DNA of 64,000 nucleotides from a virus: IMG/VR virus record IMGVR_UViG_3300013723_000002; one strand, 5' to 3'. Shown piece by piece: positions 61,007 to 64,000 of this stretch (position 1 is its first letter; each line of letters starts with the position of its first letter). The notes under the pieces were generated by a model. It saw only the letters and a program-made list of their open reading frames with translations, ran no database searches and was not told where the DNA came from. The position numbers and the translations under genes were made by a program.

Positions 61007-61607
61007 AAAGATCAGATCTCGATAAAGTTATCTGGCCATTTACTGTGGTGACTGTGACTACACTTTCGGTACGGGCTGCAATCTGGGCACACATCAAACA
61101 TAAAATATGGTAATCCTTAACGCCCACTCGATAAGAAAAAGCATTCAGGCTGATTTGTCTGGTATTACGCAGACAATCATTTAAACGGCGGAGTAAGTGA
61201 CCAGGCACTTTGTTATAAGGATTTAACTTATAGGCAATGCAATTACCAATAGGGCAATATTCCCATGATAATAATTTTTCATTAATCAGATCCTGGATAA
61301 CTTTTTGACGCAGTTCAGCAGGAATACTAAAAATACTGGCCAGCTCTCGCATGTAACGCGGTCCCTCTACAAACGCCTCTAGCAGATAACGGCGGGCCAT
61401 ATCTTCATCAATCATTATGGAATATTCACCCTTTATTTGCTTGTACGCTTCATGGATCTGTGGCAATCGAATTAAGTAGGGCGTTAAAACTTCAAACATG
61501 ATTCTCGGTAATCGTCCATCGAGCGCCATGTGCCAGCAAGACTCTAATTCTGTTTTATCCAGGGAAAAGTGTTCACGAAGTAATGAGGCGAAGAGCATTT
61601 TTGACAT
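60996..61607 (-). CDS. Hypothetical early protein (203 aa), possible winged-helix DNA-binding protein
   Basis: ORF in early operon 1. RYMRELASIFSIPAELRQKVIQDLINEKLL looks wHTH-like, but the evidence is weak. Confidence 0.5.
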   Translation of the reverse strand: MSKMLFASLLREHFSLDKTELESCWHMALDGRLPRIMFEVLTPYLIRLPQIHEAYKQIKGEYSIMIDEDMARRYLLEAFVEGPRYMRELASIFSIPAELRQKVIQDLINEKLLSWEYCPIGNCIAYKLNPYNKVPGHLLRRLNDCLRNTRQISLNAFSYRVGVKDYHILCLMCAQIAARTESVVTVTTVNGQITLSRSDLYEA

Positions 61608-61609
61608 TT

Positions 61610-61792
61610 CTATTTAACCAGTTTTAGTGCGTTATAGATTTTCTCAACCTGACTTTGAGTGATAGCGGTATGACCAAGGCACATACTGACCAATTCATCA
61701 GGATTAAATCCGGTGGCGCTTATTAAGTATGCTGCATCAAAAGTTAGCAGCGTTCTAACAAGAAACTCTCGGCGGTATAACTGATCCATCAT
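61610..61792 (-). CDS. Hypothetical early protein (60 aa)
   Basis: Coupled to the Cro-like gene (start/stop overlap at 61792). Confidence 0.45.
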   Translation of the reverse strand: MMDQLYRREFLVRTLLTFDAAYLISATGFNPDELVSMCLGHTAITQSQVEKIYNALKLVK

Positions 61793-62196
61793 TAAGCGCT
61801 GGCCAAATGTGGAAAGTCAGAAGGATGAAAGTGCCCGCGTGTAACTTCTTCCAGGCGTTCGGCTTTTTCTAATGAAATTTCAGATTTTTTAAATAGCCAT
61901 CCATTAACTGAAGGCTGAGAAATTTCTAGCGCTTGGGCGGTATTACTTTGACTGCCAAAATAGGCAATGACCTTTAAATAAATCGGATCGCAAGCAATTT
62001 CCTTATTGGCCAGATCCTTTACTGAATATTCAGGACGTTCAGCGGCGATACAGATTGCCTGGGTAATCCCCATATCTTTACCACTTAGCCACTTATAGAC
62101 CGTGCTTACATTCCAGCCGAAGTTATAAGCCATCAATACTGGCCCATTAAATGAGTCAATCAGATCCTTATAAAGCTCTAATTTGTTTTGTTCCAT
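61792..62196 (-). CDS. Cro/YdaS-like double-HTH early regulator, first gene of early operon 1
   Basis: Two Cro-like segments: WNVSTVYKWLSGKDMGITQ and NTAQALEISQPSVNGWLFKKSEISLEKA. Divergent from the cI-like gene across an operator-rich 217-bp region. Confidence 0.65.
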   Translation of the reverse strand: MEQNKLELYKDLIDSFNGPVLMAYNFGWNVSTVYKWLSGKDMGITQAICIAAERPEYSVKDLANKEIACDPIYLKVIAYFGSQSNTAQALEISQPSVNGWLFKKSEISLEKAERLEEVTRGHFHPSDFPHLASA

Positions 62197-62230
62197 TGGG
62201 AGGTTATACCTATAAATAAAAATTGACTTT

Positions 62231-62248
62231 CTATAGGCTTGCCTATAG
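62231..62248. promoter_or_regulatory. Palindromic operator CTATAGGCttGCCTATAG in the cI/cro intergenic region (plus further TATAG half-sites to 62273)
   Basis: Perfect 8-bp arms. Located just downstream of the predicted leftward promoter. Confidence 0.55.
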
Positions 62249-62260
62249 TTTTATAGTTTA

Positions 62261-62288
62261 ATTATAGTTATAGTTTTGTAATACACAA
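62261..62288 (-). promoter_or_regulatory. Predicted leftward early promoter (minus strand TTGTGT-16nt-TATAAT) for the Cro-like operon
   Basis: The -10 is the rc of attata (62261-62266). The -35 is the rc of acacaa (62283-62288). Confidence 0.45.
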
Positions 62289-62413
62289 GTCGCATAACTT
62301 ATAAATTTAATGTTTTTGGCTATAAAATGACTATAATTAATAAGGAGTAATTACTCTTCAAATGCCGTGCAATAAGCCGTCTTTTAGAATTTATTAAAAT
62401 AGGTAATTGTTTA

Positions 62414-63076
62414 ATGTTCCGCACATACCCGCCTTTGGCCTCATTAAAGGAAAGATTATCTTTTCTTTTTGAAAATGATCCGCGCTCACAATCTGTAATT
62501 GCGAAGCAAGCTGGAATTAGTCAACCATCATTTAGCGACTTATTAACCGGTAGAACGTCTACGTCTAAACACTTAGAAAAGATTGCTGAGGCTTTTGATG
62601 CAGATTATCAATGGGTACTTACTGGCATTCCTTCTGAGGATGCTGTGAGCGTACCCGTGGTAAATGTTCCTCTACTTGAAAACTATAAGGATTATTTAAA
62701 TACACGTGCAAAAAATAAGACTCTTCCAGCGTCTGAAACTGCACCGCTTGATATTAAAGCCTTTACACGGCGTAAGGTTGACATTGCTGGCGCTCGATAT
62801 GTACCTATGCCAGACACAGGTATGGAGCCTCAGATCAGTGAGAATGCCATGGTGTTTTTTGATAGTTCTAAACAGCTCATTGAAGATAAAACAACGTATG
62901 TAATGAATCACGGCGGTATATTGTTAGTACGCCAGCTGTTTAACCTGCCAATGGGCGGCGTTCGTATTAACGCTTTTAATTCAGATTTTGACGATATAAA
63001 TTTGTCGTATGAAGAAATTGAGAAACAGGCCTTTTCTGTCATCGGTAAAGTTTTTGCTGTAGTTAATTTTTACTAA
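62414..63076 (+). CDS. cI/LexA-type repressor: N-terminal XRE HTH + C-terminal S24 peptidase-like domain
   Basis: SQSVIAKQAGISQPSFSDLLTGRTSTSKHLEKIAEAF is the HTH. The C-terminal 110 aa have the beta-rich S24-like layout (AMVFFD...GGILLVRQL...VIGKVFAVV). Divergent arrangement with the Cro-like gene. Confidence 0.7.
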   Translation: MFRTYPPLASLKERLSFLFENDPRSQSVIAKQAGISQPSFSDLLTGRTSTSKHLEKIAEAFDADYQWVLTGIPSEDAVSVPVVNVPLLENYKDYLNTRAKNKTLPASETAPLDIKAFTRRKVDIAGARYVPMPDTGMEPQISENAMVFFDSSKQLIEDKTTYVMNHGGILLVRQLFNLPMGGVRINAFNSDFDDINLSYEEIEKQAFSVIGKVFAVVNFY

Positions 63077-63104
63077 ATTACCTTATCGTTAAGGTTATCT
63101 TAAA

Positions 63105-63134
63105 AGCCCTAATACCAATAGGGCTTTCTTTTTA
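63105..63134 (+). terminator. Terminator of the cI-like gene
   Basis: AGCCCTAataccaaTAGGGCT followed by TTCTTTTTA. Confidence 0.65.
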
Positions 63135-63180
63135 TCTGATGTATTTATATTTAAATTAGTAAAAAATTTATATTTATTAA

Positions 63181-63912
63181 GGCTCTAGACTAGCAGATTT
63201 ACACTTAATTTTACCTAATGAGGTTCCACAGCTCAGTTGCTAACTCATTAGGTTCCCTCATCCAACGCCATTCAGTTTCTTTAAGATGATAATCAAAGTA
63301 CTCTTTTGATATGCCGTTAAACTTTGCTAGCCTTCTTTTACAAAAGCTCCAAAATGATTCTATTCCATTTATATGACATTCTCCTCTAGCAAACTCATTT
63401 GCTCCGTGATTTACCCTAAAATGCTTTGAATAACCCACATCAACAAGACCATTATAGCCACGCCATCCATCACTATAAATCACACTCTCAAGTGAAACTT
63501 TACCAATGATAACCTCTTGTAAAGTCTTCATTTTACAGTCAGGTACGATTTCAGTATAGACGCGCCCATTACGTTCGAATATTCCAAATACTGGCTGTTT
63601 TAGAGTCCCACGACCACGCTTTAACTTTCCATGAAACCCACGTTGCCTTTTCGCTCCAAAATAGCTTTCATCTACTTCTATTGAACCAACAAACTTAGCT
63701 CTTAAATCTGTTTGATGATCATAGATAGTTTCTCTAAAAAGCATGTACCAATAGTTAATCGTATTACGATTTAAATTGAGTAATAAGGCTGTTTTGGAAG
63801 CAGGAATATCAACACAAAAGCATTGAATAATTTTTTTAATCTTGTAGTGACTTAATTTACTGTTTTCTATCATGATTCTAGACTAACATAATCATTTTGC
63901 TAGTCTAGAGCC
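63181..63912 (-). mobile_element. IS1595-family insertion sequence (732 bp)
   Basis: Perfect 15-bp terminal inverted repeats: GGCTCTAGACTAGCA (63181-63195) and its reverse complement (63898-63912). Flanked by the direct repeat TTATTAA (63174-63180 and 63913-63919). Confidence 0.85.
63211..63873 (-). CDS. IS1595-family (ISXO2-like DDE) transposase
   Basis: VDESYFG..R.G..G.LKRGRGT.KQPVFGI.ERNGRVY..IV.D.....L...I......S.IYSDGWRGY..L...GY.H..VNH....F.....HINGIESFW...KRRL..F.G is the typical DDE_Tnp_IS1595 layout. Confidence 0.85.
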   Translation of the reverse strand: MIENSKLSHYKIKKIIQCFCVDIPASKTALLLNLNRNTINYWYMLFRETIYDHQTDLRAKFVGSIEVDESYFGAKRQRGFHGKLKRGRGTLKQPVFGIFERNGRVYTEIVPDCKMKTLQEVIIGKVSLESVIYSDGWRGYNGLVDVGYSKHFRVNHGANEFARGECHINGIESFWSFCKRRLAKFNGISKEYFDYHLKETEWRWMREPNELATELWNLIR

Positions 63913-64000
63913 TTATTAATAATTTTACTTAGAGTCTAATCATTAATATCTAACCCATTAACATTACTCATTGTTTTTATTATCTATTTTTCTTACATAA

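Overview
Nearly the whole window is one temperate, contractile-tailed (myovirus-type) phage or prophage genome, transcribed almost entirely on the minus strand. All functional calls come from motifs read by eye; no database search was possible. Layout from right to left: (1) an IS1595-family IS (63181-63912). (2) A cI-like HTH+S24 repressor (62414-63076, +), divergent from a Cro-like gene (61792-62196). (3) Early operon 1 (62.2->56.8 kb). (4) An ORF-free 0.3 kb stretch with three tandem intrinsic terminators and two candidate sRNAs. (5) A 738-aa Gly-rich, tape-measure-like gene driven by a late box. (6) Early operon 2 (54.0->50.15 kb), which carries the same operator block as the cI/cro switch and ends with a RuvC-like resolvase. 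(7) A strongly AT-rich three-gene accessory island (46.5-50.1 kb: HNH-like 426-aa protein, orphan 283-aa protein, multi-TM protein). This is my best candidate for an undescribed defence/exclusion module. (8) The late region (46.5->1.1 kb): embedded spanin pair, head genes, large terminase, two paralogous tail fibres, an Ig-repeat protein, a capsid candidate, tail sheath, W/J/I-like baseplate genes, and a gpV-like spike carrying a collagen tract. Then comes an IS5-family IS plus Zn-alcohol-dehydrogenase cargo, followed by a portal-like protein, an 890-aa protein and a secreted-protein moron. The region ends with a 2184-aa DarB-like polyvalent protein (ParB-like + pyrophosphatase signature + SNF2 helicase + N6A-methylase + ParB-like), a plus-strand HigB2/HigA2-like TA pair, and holin candidates plus a GH19-type endolysin. 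Fourteen late transcription units begin with a conserved GGAACAAwAAAAA box at a fixed 65-70 nt from the start codon, usually right after an intrinsic terminator. Nt 1-103 are a perfect inverted copy of 28828-28930, giving two alternative C-terminal versions of one virion protein. I saw no tRNA, rRNA or CRISPR array, and no integrase or recognisable replication genes inside the window.
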